From a phage, in sequence record PZ154897.1: a stretch of 64,000 nucleotides of DNA, one strand, 5' to 3'. The notes below the pieces were generated by a model that made no database searches, was not told the DNA's origin, and saw only the letters and a list, made by a program, of their open reading frames with translations. The translations under genes were made by a program, and so were the position numbers. Position 1 is the first letter of the stretch, and every line of letters starts with the position of its first letter. Shown here in pieces: positions 28,447 through 38,924 of this stretch.

Positions 28447-28791
28447 TTAAAAGAATTTAAATTTTTTCTTTGACCTTTTATTAAATGCATCTTGTAGTTG
28501 CATTGTAATACATTTTTCTACATGAGGAGCTAACTCAGCTTTTCTTTCTTGGTCAAGAACAGCAAAGTCCATTACAACCTTTCCATCAACCCAATCCAGT
28601 TTAGTTACATACACTATATGTGTAGAACCATCTTCTAGTTTAATGACAATCTCCTGGATAACATTTTCCATGGCAGATTTAATTATCTTAAGAGATTCAT
28701 TAAAAAGACGTTCTTTTCTTTCTTCTTCCCCCTCCGAAGAGGGGGATTCATCGATAATTTCTAGATCTAAATCTAAATCATCTTTATTCAT
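28447..28791 (-). CDS. 40: gp40-like head vertex assembly chaperone
   Basis: ORF downstream of uvsX; first ATG overlaps uvsX stop (ORF track starts at GTG 28809). Confidence 0.55.
   Translation of the reverse strand: MNKDDLDLDLEIIDESPSSEGEEERKERLFNESLKIIKSAMENVIQEIVIKLEDGSTHIVYVTKLDWVDGKVVMDFAVLDQERKAELAPHVEKCITMQLQDAFNKRSKKKFKFF
28728..28745 (-). other. stable UUCG-tetraloop hairpin inside gene 40 coding sequence
   Basis: ccccctc-cgaa-gaggggg (7-bp GC-rich stem). Confidence 0.5.
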
Positions 28792-29965
28792 TAAATTCTT
28801 CCATATCACTTAACTGATCTAGGTCAGTTTCTAAATCAGCTGCTGATTTGTTTTTACTTTCTGGAGATTTAAATTTTTCAACCTTTGAGTTAATCAATTC
28901 ATCAACTTCAGCTTCAACAATTTCATTACTATCAATAGCACCTAACTGATAAGCACGTTTAATAGCATCTCGGAATGGCTGATGCTTAAATAAAGGACCC
29001 CAGAATGTAGTGCAGTTGGTATCTTTTGCACGCCAAGATTTTTCTTCGCGAATCATCTCGCCTGTTTCTTCGTCAAGAAATTCACGAGCATACCAGCCAT
29101 TTTTAGGTTTTACTACAAATCCTAATTCAAGAGCCATATCTAACAATCCAGAATAAGGATCGATACCACCGTCAAATTTAACATCAATAAAGAATTTACT
29201 TTTTTCTTTAACAGTACGAGATTTTTCTACATTTAGAACAAATTGATACCCCTGAAGATCAGAACCATCTTTAATCTGGCGCTTACCGATAATGAATACA
29301 GTATCAGCCGAATACATTACGCCTGTACCACCTGTCATCACGGTTTTACTAAACATTTCAATTGTTTCAATTGTATGGTTAACCGCAACACATGGAATAT
29401 TTTTAATGCTAAAATAAGGAGTAACAATACGGAATAATGACTTCAGTGATTTAGCACGAGTCATATCTGCCACAGATTTTTCATTCAAGGCATCTTCCGT
29501 TTCTTTCTTAGAAGCCATATTACCGATTGAGTCGATGAATACAATAACTTTTTCACCGCGCTCAATAGCTTCAAGCTGATTCACCATATCAATTTTCAGC
29601 TGTTCAACTGACTGGATTGGCGTATGAATTACTCGTTCCGGGTCAACCCCCATGGATCGCAAATAAGCTGGAGTAATACCAAATTCACTATCATAGAATA
29701 GACAAACCGCGTCAGGATATTTGTTCAAATATGCCGCAACCATAGTCAAAGACATATTTGATTTAAAGTGTTTAGAAGGCCCTGCGAAAATAGTTAAACC
29801 AGACTGCATACCGCCATCAATCGCACCAGAAATAGCAATATTGAGCATTGGAATTTTTGTACGGATTACATCCTTTTCATTAAAGAATTTAGATGTAGTC
29901 AGTTCAGCAGTCATTTTAGAAGTGGAAGCTTTAATCAAACGGGATTTTAAATCTGCAATAGACAT
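28784..29965 (-). CDS. uvsX: UvsX recombinase (RecA-like)
   Basis: 393-aa ORF; RecA-fold Walker motifs; synteny 41-40-uvsX. Confidence 0.95.
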   Translation of the reverse strand: MSIADLKSRLIKASTSKMTAELTTSKFFNEKDVIRTKIPMLNIAISGAIDGGMQSGLTIFAGPSKHFKSNMSLTMVAAYLNKYPDAVCLFYDSEFGITPAYLRSMGVDPERVIHTPIQSVEQLKIDMVNQLEAIERGEKVIVFIDSIGNMASKKETEDALNEKSVADMTRAKSLKSLFRIVTPYFSIKNIPCVAVNHTIETIEMFSKTVMTGGTGVMYSADTVFIIGKRQIKDGSDLQGYQFVLNVEKSRTVKEKSKFFIDVKFDGGIDPYSGLLDMALELGFVVKPKNGWYAREFLDEETGEMIREEKSWRAKDTNCTTFWGPLFKHQPFRDAIKRAYQLGAIDSNEIVEAEVDELINSKVEKFKSPESKNKSAADLETDLDQLSDMEEFNE

Positions 29966-30018
29966 TCATTTTTTCCATAGGCATCATTATATTTTCCTCA
30001 CTGGTTAAAGATAGAGTA

Positions 30019-30044
30019 ATTATAACACAATAAATTTAGGCATT
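30019..30044 (-). promoter_or_regulatory. possible MotA-dependent middle promoter for uvsX
   Basis: minus strand aaTGCCTAaatttattgtgtTATAAT (box one mismatch from TGCTT, 12-bp spacing). Confidence 0.45.
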
Positions 30045-30891
30045 AATCAACCGCTATTGGATGAATAGCATTAAACTTATGAAACGCTTCTGATTTTTCT
30101 TTGCGCGAAACACACATGCGAAGAACCTTTAATGGCTCGTCTTCTTCACCCAACGATTTTCGTTTTTCAATATTAGAAGTTTTCCAACGAGCTTGCTCTG
30201 GAAACTCTTTATTGATTTGCTCAAGAGCTCTATTATGTTTTGAATTACTACGAATTGAGCTGCATCCACCGGGAGCCTGCGCTTTTCCAGATACAACCAA
30301 ATATTTGAACAAGGCCAAATGCGGATAACCTTGATTAATTAAATTGAGAAATGCATACATATCTTCGCATAAATCAATTTTTCCATACCCAATTTGTTCT
30401 GTTGTAAGTTTTCCAAGGTCATACCATGTATTCGTGAATCCATATGAATTTTCACGGTAATTACCCCAAGATGAAGTAATTTTAAAAATAGGTAGACGAG
30501 CATGGCCATGATAATACCCGCAATCCATGGCATCTTCAACGTATTGAATCAATTCATAGAACTGCTCACGGGTTAACTGATTAATTTTATCTACGCAGCG
30601 ACGATCATCTTTCTTTCGCATTGAACTCATACGAATAGTAGTATCATCATCAATCATCCAAATTCGTTGACCTGCATACATATCAGTAATCGCTTTACGA
30701 GTACCAGCAATTCCATTGACATCATCAGGAATAGTTATAATTTTAGCTCTAGACCCATAGGCATCATAATAAGCTTTTTCTTCATGTTCACGCACTACAA
30801 TATGGGGTTCATAATCAGTCGGAAACATATCAAGGGCAGAAACTGCCCCTACACGTTGATAACTTGGAATTACAAATTGAATCATTTCCAC
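30043..30891 (-). CDS. glycosyltransferase with DxD motif, candidate HMC-DNA glucosyltransferase (not T4 beta-gt)
   Basis: 282-aa ORF between 42 and uvsX; MIDDDT motif; T4 beta-gt as I recall it is 351 aa and unlike this sequence. Confidence 0.6.
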   Translation of the reverse strand: MEMIQFVIPSYQRVGAVSALDMFPTDYEPHIVVREHEEKAYYDAYGSRAKIITIPDDVNGIAGTRKAITDMYAGQRIWMIDDDTTIRMSSMRKKDDRRCVDKINQLTREQFYELIQYVEDAMDCGYYHGHARLPIFKITSSWGNYRENSYGFTNTWYDLGKLTTEQIGYGKIDLCEDMYAFLNLINQGYPHLALFKYLVVSGKAQAPGGCSSIRSNSKHNRALEQINKEFPEQARWKTSNIEKRKSLGEEDEPLKVLRMCVSRKEKSEAFHKFNAIHPIAVD

Positions 30892-31622
30892 TCACCGTTA
30901 TAATCTTTTTTCATAATATGAGTTTCGCCAGTATTCCACCAATGATCAACCAAGTAAAAATGACGAGAATATACATGAAGACTTCCAACATTCCATATAA
31001 TAGAACCTGCTTTATACTGACGAGTTGAATCGCCTGCATTCAAATCAGATACTAATTTATCTAATACGTATTTTTGCCATGCATAATCATTACGGAATCC
31101 GAAGACCACGTCATTTGAGCGCATGCTTACTACTGCATTGACTTTCTTATCACGAATCAGGTACTGTACTGTATTAGTACACATGAAATCTGACATGCCA
31201 TCTTTATTGTAGTCAAACTGCATAGATGGACGAGTATAAATCATGATACCACGTCGAGAATCAGGATTTTGACCAAGTTCAGCTAAACACATGTCATATT
31301 GAGCATAGTTATCTTCTGACCAGATAGCCCAACCATAATTCGAGTTAATTTCACCTTTAGAAGATGCTACCTGTTGCCAAATCTTTGGTGTTTCACCTGG
31401 AATATCTTTAACAAACAGACTTTGAGACTTGTACCATTCAAGTTCACGCTGAATGTATTCATCATTAAGAGCGCCAAAAATAAACGGTTCATCTGCTACA
31501 AATGATGCGCCAATAATTTCAATAGTTTTAACACCAGTTTTATCAACTACGAAATCTTTTTCCTTTAATGCAGTTCCCAAATGAAGACGGATTTCTTCAA
31601 CTGTCATAGAGTCACTAATCAT
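30882..31622 (-). CDS. 42: dCMP hydroxymethylase
   Basis: 246-aa ORF, T4 gp42 length; thymidylate-synthase-like fold. Confidence 0.92.
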   Translation of the reverse strand: MISDSMTVEEIRLHLGTALKEKDFVVDKTGVKTIEIIGASFVADEPFIFGALNDEYIQRELEWYKSQSLFVKDIPGETPKIWQQVASSKGEINSNYGWAIWSEDNYAQYDMCLAELGQNPDSRRGIMIYTRPSMQFDYNKDGMSDFMCTNTVQYLIRDKKVNAVVSMRSNDVVFGFRNDYAWQKYVLDKLVSDLNAGDSTRQYKAGSIIWNVGSLHVYSRHFYLVDHWWNTGETHIMKKDYNGEWK

Positions 31623-31775
31623 TTAAACCTCAATTGATACATTCATATTTAACTTGTAACAGTAATAAACCCCAACCTAAAATAATAGTTGGAATCATAA
31701 GAGGAACCGTTACACTATAGTATATACTTATTATAATCATCAAGATTAAAAGCAATGCTGATATAATTTTGCTTT

Positions 31776-32027
31776 TCATTCCTTCTCTCTGATGATAATT
31801 ACCTGATTTGGCTGCGCAGACTTTTTAGTTTCACCTGCAATTGACCAAATAAATGTAATAAACCAACCAATAATTGACCAGTTAAACAGTAAAGATGTGA
31901 AAAAGATTCCTACTGTCGATTTTGACCCACGCATCAAGGCGATAAACCATGGAAGCATGTATATAATAATAGCCAACACGCCTGAAACTAAAACCACAAA
32001 AATTGAACCTGCTACTAAAGTTTCCAT
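31776..32027 (-). CDS. imm: Imm superinfection immunity membrane protein
   Basis: 83-aa ORF with two hydrophobic helices; T4 Imm length and position. Confidence 0.8.
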   Translation of the reverse strand: METLVAGSIFVVLVSGVLAIIIYMLPWFIALMRGSKSTVGIFFTSLLFNWSIIGWFITFIWSIAGETKKSAQPNQVIIIREKE

Positions 32028-32034
32028 GTTTTCC

Positions 32035-32415
32035 TCACTTAGTCAAATTTTTTACGCATGAATTATAAGAATTTACTACATACTCCATCGGAGCATTTTT
32101 ACCGGTACGCCATTGGTAATTATTAGCCCAATTTGCCCAAAGTTCAGCACAGTAGTTTTCAATTTTTTCTTCACGTGTAATCACATCTGAATTACGATAT
32201 GCTTGGGCAGATTCATCTGGACGAATAGCTTCGTCAAAATTCGCCTGCATTTGTTCTACTGTCTGTTTTGGAGCCTCTTTATAACACTTAACATTAGGAT
32301 TATAAAATTTGCTTGAACAGTTTACAATTTTTCCTACATCAGACTGATTTACTACTGGTCCTTGAGCTACACAACCAGTAAGACCCAATGCAATAACCAA
32401 AATAGCGATTTTCAT
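32035..32415 (-). CDS. putative lipoprotein (126 aa)
   Basis: internal ATG with GGAGA SD; signal peptide with lipobox LTGC. Confidence 0.55.
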   Translation of the reverse strand: MKIAILVIALGLTGCVAQGPVVNQSDVGKIVNCSSKFYNPNVKCYKEAPKQTVEQMQANFDEAIRPDESAQAYRNSDVITREEKIENYCAELWANWANNYQWRTGKNAPMEYVVNSYNSCVKNLTK

Positions 32416-32445
32416 TTCATTCTCCAAATCCGTATCAGTTGATAG

Positions 32446-32480
32446 TTATATAGTACCATAAAGGAACCGGGATGTAAACC
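32446..32480 (-). promoter_or_regulatory. T4-type early promoter (GTTTACA -35 / TACTAT -10)
   Basis: minus strand GTTTACAtcccggttcctttatggTACTATA then conserved leader. Confidence 0.6.
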
Positions 32481-32566
32481 ATTTTGTGAAAAAATTTTTA
32501 ATGAATTCAAAGGGCCCAGAATCATCTATTTTTCCTAAGTATAGATTTATATTACTTGTATGAAAA

Positions 32567-32584
32567 AGGGACCCGGAGGTCCCT
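32567..32584 (-). terminator. intrinsic terminator after gene 43 (hairpin plus U-tract)
   Basis: gggacc-cgga-ggtccc followed on mRNA by UUUUUCA. Confidence 0.65.
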
Positions 32585-32596
32585 AGATTTATTCTA

Positions 32597-35293
32597 TCAG
32601 CCAAACAGGAAGTCTAACGAAGCTTTTTCCTCATAGTCCATACCTGCCGATTCACACATGCCCGCAAGCGGTTTAACAAACGATTTTTGGAACAAAGTTG
32701 AGTAGTCAATCCAAGACAGTACATCAGAACGAATTTCTTTTGGAAGTTCCGTACCCGACGGCCAAGCAATGCACTTATCACCAAATGGATTTCCTTCACG
32801 TAATGGAAGAACCATTACCTTATTTCCATCCAAAATTGGAGCTACACCTAAACCATTAACAGCTCGACGATAAGTTAGCACCCCACGAATGTGGAACGGG
32901 CATTTAAATCCTGGCCAACCTTTATCATCATATTTCGCTATATCGTTCGCAGTTTTTACTTCAGCAATAACTTTATAGTCAAGTTGACGATATTCTTTCT
33001 CAAAGTTCTTGTAGTATTCTTGGACAGACTCTTCACCTTCCTGAAGAATACGACGAATACTTTCTTCGAGAGCTTCTTGTACTGCTTTTGGTGTTGAACT
33101 CTGCTGAGTTTCCATACCCATGATTTTTAGATGTGGTTCAGCAAATCGTTTATCTTCCATATCATAAACGTTCAGAGCATAACGCTTTTTCGCTTTCCAA
33201 AATCCACCAACACCCTTTGAACCAAGTGGAGGGCAAGAAATAGCTTCACGGTCCATATGCATCAGATGCTCGCGGTTATTCATATAATCACATAACTCAC
33301 GATATGCAACATCAATCATAGGTTCCATCTTTTTCTTACCAAACTGATTCATGAATTCAACTAAATCGTTCTGCTCTTTGAATCGGTCAAGACCAACTTT
33401 TTCAACAACTTTATCTACGCAAACATATACCGAATCAGTATCACCTGCTGCGATGAAATCTTCACCATTAGTTCCACACACTTTATTCAGATACTCATTA
33501 ATTTTACGAGCAATCCACTGAATACCGACTTGACCGAAAATTGTGATAGCAGTAGCATTTCGCAAATCATAGTAACGGAAATGAATATTACCAAGAGCAC
33601 CATAAAGACTGTTAATAAGAATTTTACGGTTCAGTTGATTTGTGTTAGCAAGTGTAGCCGCTTTTTCACATTCTTCAATCAGACTATTGAGAACGGATTC
33701 GGTGTAATTCGATAGTTCATTTAAGAAATCATCATTGAACTTAACATATCGTTCAACTTCTGGTTTAGTTGAACAAGACCCTGCGCCTTTCATAATAATC
33801 TTTTTAATAGCTTCGGCATTCATTTCTTCAGCGAACATTTTCTTTTTCCAATCTTTACGCTGGAAAAATACTTTAGCGATTTCCTTTGGAATGATACCTT
33901 CTTGATGCTTATCATACATCCATCCATTCGGAGAGCAAGAATATTCATCACTCGGTTTAGGAGCTGTTCCTGCAATATATTCATGAATTGGATGAACTTT
34001 AAACTGCCCACGAATAGTCTCAGGACTAATGTTAACCTGACGAATAATGCTAGGATACAGAGACGTCAAGTCAAAACTCATAATATATCGACGAGCAATT
34101 GGTTTAGGTTCAAACACAAATGCACCCGGAAAACTCTGTTTAACGTGCGAACCCTGTTGAGGAATAACCTTATGTTCACCTTTCAATGAGTTAAAAATAA
34201 TAGCATCCCAAGTTTTAATAGGACTCATTACACCAGAAAAAGGCATTTTAGCGTAATAAGACATACTTAAAACTAGATCGATAAACCCACGAATTTTATC
34301 AATTGCTTGAACTGATTCTACGTCAATGATGTTATAACTAATGTATCGTTGATGATTAGTCTCACGAAGTTTATTAATAGGACCATCGTACGGCAATTTA
34401 CCTTTTTTGGTTTCATGTTGAGCAACTGATTCCAAAGAGAACGATGGCAAATTAGTAAATGCGAACTTCTTGTATAAATCTAAATAATCAAGAATAGATA
34501 CGCCATCAATAGAATAAATTTCTTTGCTACCGTACATATTTTGAATTAGTTTAGATTTTACTCGACCGATTGGAGAGAAACGTTTCATACTGCGTTCGCC
34601 GAGAACCATTTTAACACGGTTCATGATATACGGAACGTCAAACCCCTCAATATTCCAACCAGTAAAAATAGCAGGTCGTTTCTGTTCCCAGAGATTGATA
34701 TATTCCATGAGCATATCACGCTCATTATCGAATGGCATATAAATTACTCGGTCAAGAATTTCTTGAGGAACTTCATCACCACCTTCACAGTCAAGCTTAG
34801 CAGCTAACTTTGCATCCCATTTTGATACTGAACCGTACATTGAATTCAACAAATCAAAGACGTAAAAACGGTCGTCAATTGAATCATAATGAGTGATAGC
34901 ATCAATTTCATATTCTGCTTTCATTGGGTCAGGAAATTTATCGCCAGTAACCTCAATGTCACAATTAGCTACACGAACAAATTTTCGGTCATAAACAATT
35001 TCTGAACCATACGTATCACTGATATAAGCGAGTTTAAAATCGTTCATACCGAGAGCTTCGAGACCGATGTCTTCCATTCGCTTCATCCAGTCTCGTGCAT
35101 CTTTCATTGATGGAAATTTTTGAGGAGCGCAATTTTTACCATAAATGTCTTTGTATTTTGACTCTTCCTTACAATGCCTAAACATAGTCGGAAGATATTC
35201 TACTTCGCGAGTACGTTCCTTTCCATTTTCATCAATATAACGTTCAACAATATTATTTCCGACTGTTTCGATAGAGATATAAAATTCTTTCAT
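32597..35293 (-). CDS. 43: DNA polymerase (family B) with 3'-5' exonuclease
   Basis: 898-aa ORF; N-terminus MKEFYISIETVGNNIVERYIDENGKERTREVEY as recalled for T4 gp43; DTDS polymerase motif. Confidence 0.97.
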   Translation of the reverse strand: MKEFYISIETVGNNIVERYIDENGKERTREVEYLPTMFRHCKEESKYKDIYGKNCAPQKFPSMKDARDWMKRMEDIGLEALGMNDFKLAYISDTYGSEIVYDRKFVRVANCDIEVTGDKFPDPMKAEYEIDAITHYDSIDDRFYVFDLLNSMYGSVSKWDAKLAAKLDCEGGDEVPQEILDRVIYMPFDNERDMLMEYINLWEQKRPAIFTGWNIEGFDVPYIMNRVKMVLGERSMKRFSPIGRVKSKLIQNMYGSKEIYSIDGVSILDYLDLYKKFAFTNLPSFSLESVAQHETKKGKLPYDGPINKLRETNHQRYISYNIIDVESVQAIDKIRGFIDLVLSMSYYAKMPFSGVMSPIKTWDAIIFNSLKGEHKVIPQQGSHVKQSFPGAFVFEPKPIARRYIMSFDLTSLYPSIIRQVNISPETIRGQFKVHPIHEYIAGTAPKPSDEYSCSPNGWMYDKHQEGIIPKEIAKVFFQRKDWKKKMFAEEMNAEAIKKIIMKGAGSCSTKPEVERYVKFNDDFLNELSNYTESVLNSLIEECEKAATLANTNQLNRKILINSLYGALGNIHFRYYDLRNATAITIFGQVGIQWIARKINEYLNKVCGTNGEDFIAAGDTDSVYVCVDKVVEKVGLDRFKEQNDLVEFMNQFGKKKMEPMIDVAYRELCDYMNNREHLMHMDREAISCPPLGSKGVGGFWKAKKRYALNVYDMEDKRFAEPHLKIMGMETQQSSTPKAVQEALEESIRRILQEGEESVQEYYKNFEKEYRQLDYKVIAEVKTANDIAKYDDKGWPGFKCPFHIRGVLTYRRAVNGLGVAPILDGNKVMVLPLREGNPFGDKCIAWPSGTELPKEIRSDVLSWIDYSTLFQKSFVKPLAGMCESAGMDYEEKASLDFLFG

Positions 35294-35351
35294 AGATATT
35301 CCTTAGTTTATAGCCCGAGTTATTAGGCTCTTGATATATTATACTCCAAAT

Positions 35352-35369
35352 AAGGGGCCGAAGCCCCTT
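35352..35369 (-). other. UUCG-tetraloop RNA hairpin upstream of gene 43
   Basis: aaggggc-cgaa-gcccctt followed on mRNA by tggagTATAAT. Confidence 0.55.
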
Positions 35370-35371
35370 GC

Positions 35372-35593
35372 TTAAATTAATACCAGTTGTCGGTGAAAAA
35401 TTGTCAATCCATCTGCATTAATTGACTTAACCACTGCGGTAAAGTGTTTTTGTTCTGGGTGAACTAATTTTTGAAATTCTACCTGAAATTTTAGTTGGAG
35501 GTTTTCTGGTAAATCAAAAAGTGTTTCTGTTGCAGAAAGATTATATTTTTCTTTAAGAGACGCCATGTATTCTTGCGGAGTTATAGCAGTCAT
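35372..35593 (-). CDS. hypothetical protein (74 aa) between regA and 43
   Basis: ATG 1 nt after regA stop; weak SD; ORF track extends it to 87 aa overlapping regA. Confidence 0.4.
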   Translation of the reverse strand: MTAITPQEYMASLKEKYNLSATETLFDLPENLQLKFQVEFQKLVHPEQKHFTAVVKSINADGLTIFHRQLVLI

Positions 35594-35594
35594 A

Positions 35595-35963
35595 TTAATT
35601 ACCAATCGTATATTTAGGAACGAGTTTCCATTCATGTTTTTGTTTAAAAGAAATAACTCGGAAGTTATTAGTTAAATCTTTCATAAAAGTTCTTTGACCA
35701 GGAACGATTTCAATTAGTCCCCAATCTTCTAATAGCCATGCGATTGAATCACGACGAACTTCATCTTCTTCTGTCATTTCAACCTGGCGACCATCCATAC
35801 GAAGCATTTCTTTAAAATGAACGATATAGTATAGTCCTTTTTTCTGAAGAATATGACAGGACTGATACAGAACTTTATCTTTATTATTAGCAATTCCCAT
35901 ACGAGTCAAAGTTTCTTTTACTTTCAGAAAATCTTCAGGTTTTTTAAGAGTAATTTCAATCAT
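35595..35963 (-). CDS. regA: RegA translational repressor
   Basis: 122-aa ORF matching T4 RegA as recalled; synteny 62-regA-43. Confidence 0.92.
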   Translation of the reverse strand: MIEITLKKPEDFLKVKETLTRMGIANNKDKVLYQSCHILQKKGLYYIVHFKEMLRMDGRQVEMTEEDEVRRDSIAWLLEDWGLIEIVPGQRTFMKDLTNNFRVISFKQKHEWKLVPKYTIGN

Positions 35964-35964
35964 T

Positions 35965-36528
35965 TTACCATTCCAATGCTAGTTTTTTGAGTTGTTTCTG
36001 TTCTTTTACGTTCTTAGTCACTTCTTTCAAAAAATCATCCGTGACTAATCCTTTTAGTTCTTTTAATACTAAAGGTAGTTTTCCGTTTTTAGTAAGAATT
36101 GATTTATAGTTAATTGCATCATTTGTATTAACTTGATACCGTTTAGCAAGTAACTTAATAATCAATACTTCGGTGGAATCTTCAACCAGTTTTGCCCATT
36201 TACCATATCTTTTACCCCGAGGAACAGCAGCCATCAGATAATTAAAATGAGCTTCATCACTTAAACCTGATCCAATTAAATTCATAGCATATACAGCTGG
36301 CATGCACTCTGGAAATTGTGATAATGCATTCTCAACCATGTATTTTGAATAATCTTTTTGAGCAATAGAGCATTTAGTTTTATTATTAATAGCTCCAATT
36401 ATTTCAAAAAACTCATTTTCAGCTTTTTCTTTAAAAGAATCAGCAGCGGATTGGACAGCTGTCCAATCTTTAGAATACCAAGCAACTTGATGCTCGTTTA
36501 ATTGAATATCATCTTCAAATAAGCTCAT
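35965..36528 (-). CDS. 62: clamp loader small subunit
   Basis: 187 codons from first ATG; synteny 44-62-regA. Confidence 0.88.
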   Translation of the reverse strand: MSLFEDDIQLNEHQVAWYSKDWTAVQSAADSFKEKAENEFFEIIGAINNKTKCSIAQKDYSKYMVENALSQFPECMPAVYAMNLIGSGLSDEAHFNYLMAAVPRGKRYGKWAKLVEDSTEVLIIKLLAKRYQVNTNDAINYKSILTKNGKLPLVLKELKGLVTDDFLKEVTKNVKEQKQLKKLALEW

Positions 36529-36529
36529 A

Positions 36530-37489
36530 TCACTTCCACTGCATTTCACATGCCAATTGAATGAAAAGATATGCTAAATGTAATTCAGTATTAGCCGCAA
36601 TTCCATGATACTGGTTATTTTCACCAACAATTTCATACATACGAATAATACTTTGCGGAGTTACGCGTGTATAGATTTCTTCGGCAAGTTTACCTACGAA
36701 CCACGAATAATCAGCCGCATATTTTGGTGCTAAAGCTCTGAGTTGTTTAACATCTTTATTTTTGAGAGACTCAAGAACATCATCAATAGCACCACGATCG
36801 TTAGTAACCAGTGATAAAATACCAGCATCCAAAACACCTTTAGATGAATAACTATCGAGCTCACCAATAGTTTTACGAAAATCAGGAAAATTCTTTTTAA
36901 CCAAAGCTGCTACAACTTTCATATCAGCTATAGCAATTCCTTCATGCTTACAGATTTCAGTCAATCGACGAATCATCTGCTTCATCATTTCAATTTTATC
37001 TTCATCGGTCGGTTGACCGAACGTAATAACTCGACAGCGTGACTGAAGTGGTTTAATAATACCATCAATATTGTTAGCAGTAATAATAATACTACAGTTT
37101 GAACTATAAGCTTCCATAAAGGAACGAAGATGTCGCTGAGACTCTGCTAACCCTGAACGGTCAAATTCATCAATAACGATTACTTTTTGACGACCATCAA
37201 ATGAAGCGGCGCTGGCAAAATTAGTCAAAGGACCACGAACGAAATCAATTTTACAATCTGACCCATTCACAAACATCATATCAGCATTTACATCATGACA
37301 CAATGCTTTTGCTACAGTTGTTTTACCTGTTCCTGGAGAAGGAGAATGAAGAATAATATGTGGAATCTTACCTTTACTTGTAATAGATTTAAAGGTTTCT
37401 TTATCAAAGGCGGGAAGAATACATTCATCGATAGTAGATGGACGATATTTCTGTTCAAGAATGTGTTCTTTTTCATTTATAGTAATCAT
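36530..37489 (-). CDS. 44: clamp loader ATPase (RFC-like AAA+)
   Basis: 319 codons from first ATG (ORF track starts at TTG); Walker [11 protein letters not shown]. Confidence 0.93.
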   Translation of the reverse strand: MITINEKEHILEQKYRPSTIDECILPAFDKETFKSITSKGKIPHIILHSPSPGTGKTTVAKALCHDVNADMMFVNGSDCKIDFVRGPLTNFASAASFDGRQKVIVIDEFDRSGLAESQRHLRSFMEAYSSNCSIIITANNIDGIIKPLQSRCRVITFGQPTDEDKIEMMKQMIRRLTEICKHEGIAIADMKVVAALVKKNFPDFRKTIGELDSYSSKGVLDAGILSLVTNDRGAIDDVLESLKNKDVKQLRALAPKYAADYSWFVGKLAEEIYTRVTPQSIIRMYEIVGENNQYHGIAANTELHLAYLFIQLACEMQWK

Positions 37490-37523
37490 AATTTCCTCAT
37501 TCAAGTTTTAGTGTAAATTATAA

Positions 37524-37537
37524 AGGGCCGAAGCCCT
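37524..37537 (-). other. short UUCG-tetraloop hairpin between 45 and 44
   Basis: agggc-cgaa-gccct. Confidence 0.45.
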
Positions 37538-37540
37538 CTA

Positions 37541-38227
37541 TTAAAAATCGTGGGTAGAATCAGCTTCAAGAGCTACTACATAATTCGCATGTTCACCTTC
37601 AAATTTAGCAGCGCCTTGTTTACCTTTTGCCCAGAGAAGAAGTTTATAATTTCCTGGTTGCATTTTCATATTTGCCATATTGATAATGAAATTAAATGTA
37701 TTTTCACCATCATAATCACCAAGAGTCAAAGAATATTTAACACGGGTCAAAGCAGAATCTTCTACTTTGTTAAAACCGTTAATTACAATTTTACCTTCTT
37801 TTACTGTGATAGCAATTGTATCAATCTGCAGACCGCGAGATACACGCAACAGCTGTTGAAGGTCTTCAGCTTTAATTTCAGTAACAACAGATGCTACCGG
37901 GAATGGAATTGGTTTATTAGGAGCAACTACTGTACTCGGATCGGCTGCTGGCCAAAAAATTGTTGAGCGAGCATCAGCAATTTTAATATTACCATCTTCT
38001 GACTGGGAAATTTCTGCATCATCATTAACTAGAGACAGAATACCGAGAAAACCGTTCAAATCGTAAATCGCTACATCAAAATCAATAACGTCAGAAATAT
38101 TTGCTTCCGCATAAGTGGTACCATTAACCGCGCGAGTCATAATAAATTGACCGGATTTAAGCATAATACCGGAGTTAATAGTAGCGAAATTTTTCAAAAT
38201 ATTCAGCGTATCTTTAGACAGTTTCAT
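37541..38227 (-). CDS. 45: sliding clamp
   Basis: 228-aa ORF, T4 gp45 length; synteny. Confidence 0.93.
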   Translation of the reverse strand: MKLSKDTLNILKNFATINSGIMLKSGQFIMTRAVNGTTYAEANISDVIDFDVAIYDLNGFLGILSLVNDDAEISQSEDGNIKIADARSTIFWPAADPSTVVAPNKPIPFPVASVVTEIKAEDLQQLLRVSRGLQIDTIAITVKEGKIVINGFNKVEDSALTRVKYSLTLGDYDGENTFNFIINMANMKMQPGNYKLLLWAKGKQGAAKFEGEHANYVVALEADSTHDF

Positions 38228-38282
38228 GTAATTTCCTTCAATTCAAATGAGATTTAATTTTATAACTAATTTAATAAAGCAA

Positions 38283-38672
38283 TTAACGATTAAAATCAGC
38301 CGCAATTGTTTCCGCAACAAGTTGAGCAGCAACAATTAGACGTTCATCTGCATTACCGCAATATTCATCTTCAAGGCGTTCACCACATGAAGTCATAATA
38401 AATTTAGCACCGGCGTTTAGGGATTCTGTAGTATGTTTGCGCATTAGTTCAATCCATTTATTACTTACTTCACGATCGATAGCTTCATAATACGCATGAC
38501 GAGCAGGTGCAGATTTAATTTTGTTCTGAATAACTTCCATTGCGTTATCAGAAAGAGACAAAACCCATGCTCGACGAATTTTATTTTGGTTTTGTGGATT
38601 TGAATCAGAACGCACGTGTTTTGGCTGAATATCTTTTACATCAACAGTATAATTCACAGTAATTTTAGTCAT
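38283..38672 (-). CDS. rpbA: RNA polymerase binding protein RpbA
   Basis: 129-aa ORF, T4 RpbA length; between 46 and 45. Confidence 0.75.
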   Translation of the reverse strand: MTKITVNYTVDVKDIQPKHVRSDSNPQNQNKIRRAWVLSLSDNAMEVIQNKIKSAPARHAYYEAIDREVSNKWIELMRKHTTESLNAGAKFIMTSCGERLEDEYCGNADERLIVAAQLVAETIAADFNR

Positions 38673-38681
38673 AATACACCT

Positions 38682-38873
38682 TTAGTCATAATAATCAGTA
38701 ACAGTCCAAGCTTCATTTCTGTTGGACATTATTTTCGTATATTCTGATTTAAATGCATTCTTAAGCATAGATTCAGTAACTATATGCTCTTCATTAGAAA
38801 AATTATTTCTCAGAATATATCGTTTTATTTCAGGAATAGTTAATAGATGCTGTCCAGTTGAATATTCTGCCAC
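38682..38873 (-). CDS. hypothetical protein (63 aa), 45.2 position
   Basis: ORF. Confidence 0.55.
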   Translation of the reverse strand: MAEYSTGQHLLTIPEIKRYILRNNFSNEEHIVTESMLKNAFKSEYTKIMSNRNEAWTVTDYYD

Positions 38874-38883
38874 AGTTCCTCCG

Positions 38884-38891
38884 TATAAATA
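38884..38891 (+). promoter_or_regulatory. T4 late-promoter box TATAAATA upstream of plus-strand HNH gene
   Basis: exact TATAAATA about 34 nt before the ATG at 38925, then AAGGA SD. Confidence 0.5.
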
Positions 38892-38924
38892 TGTTTATCA
38901 CTCGCTGTATCAAAAGGATATGTT

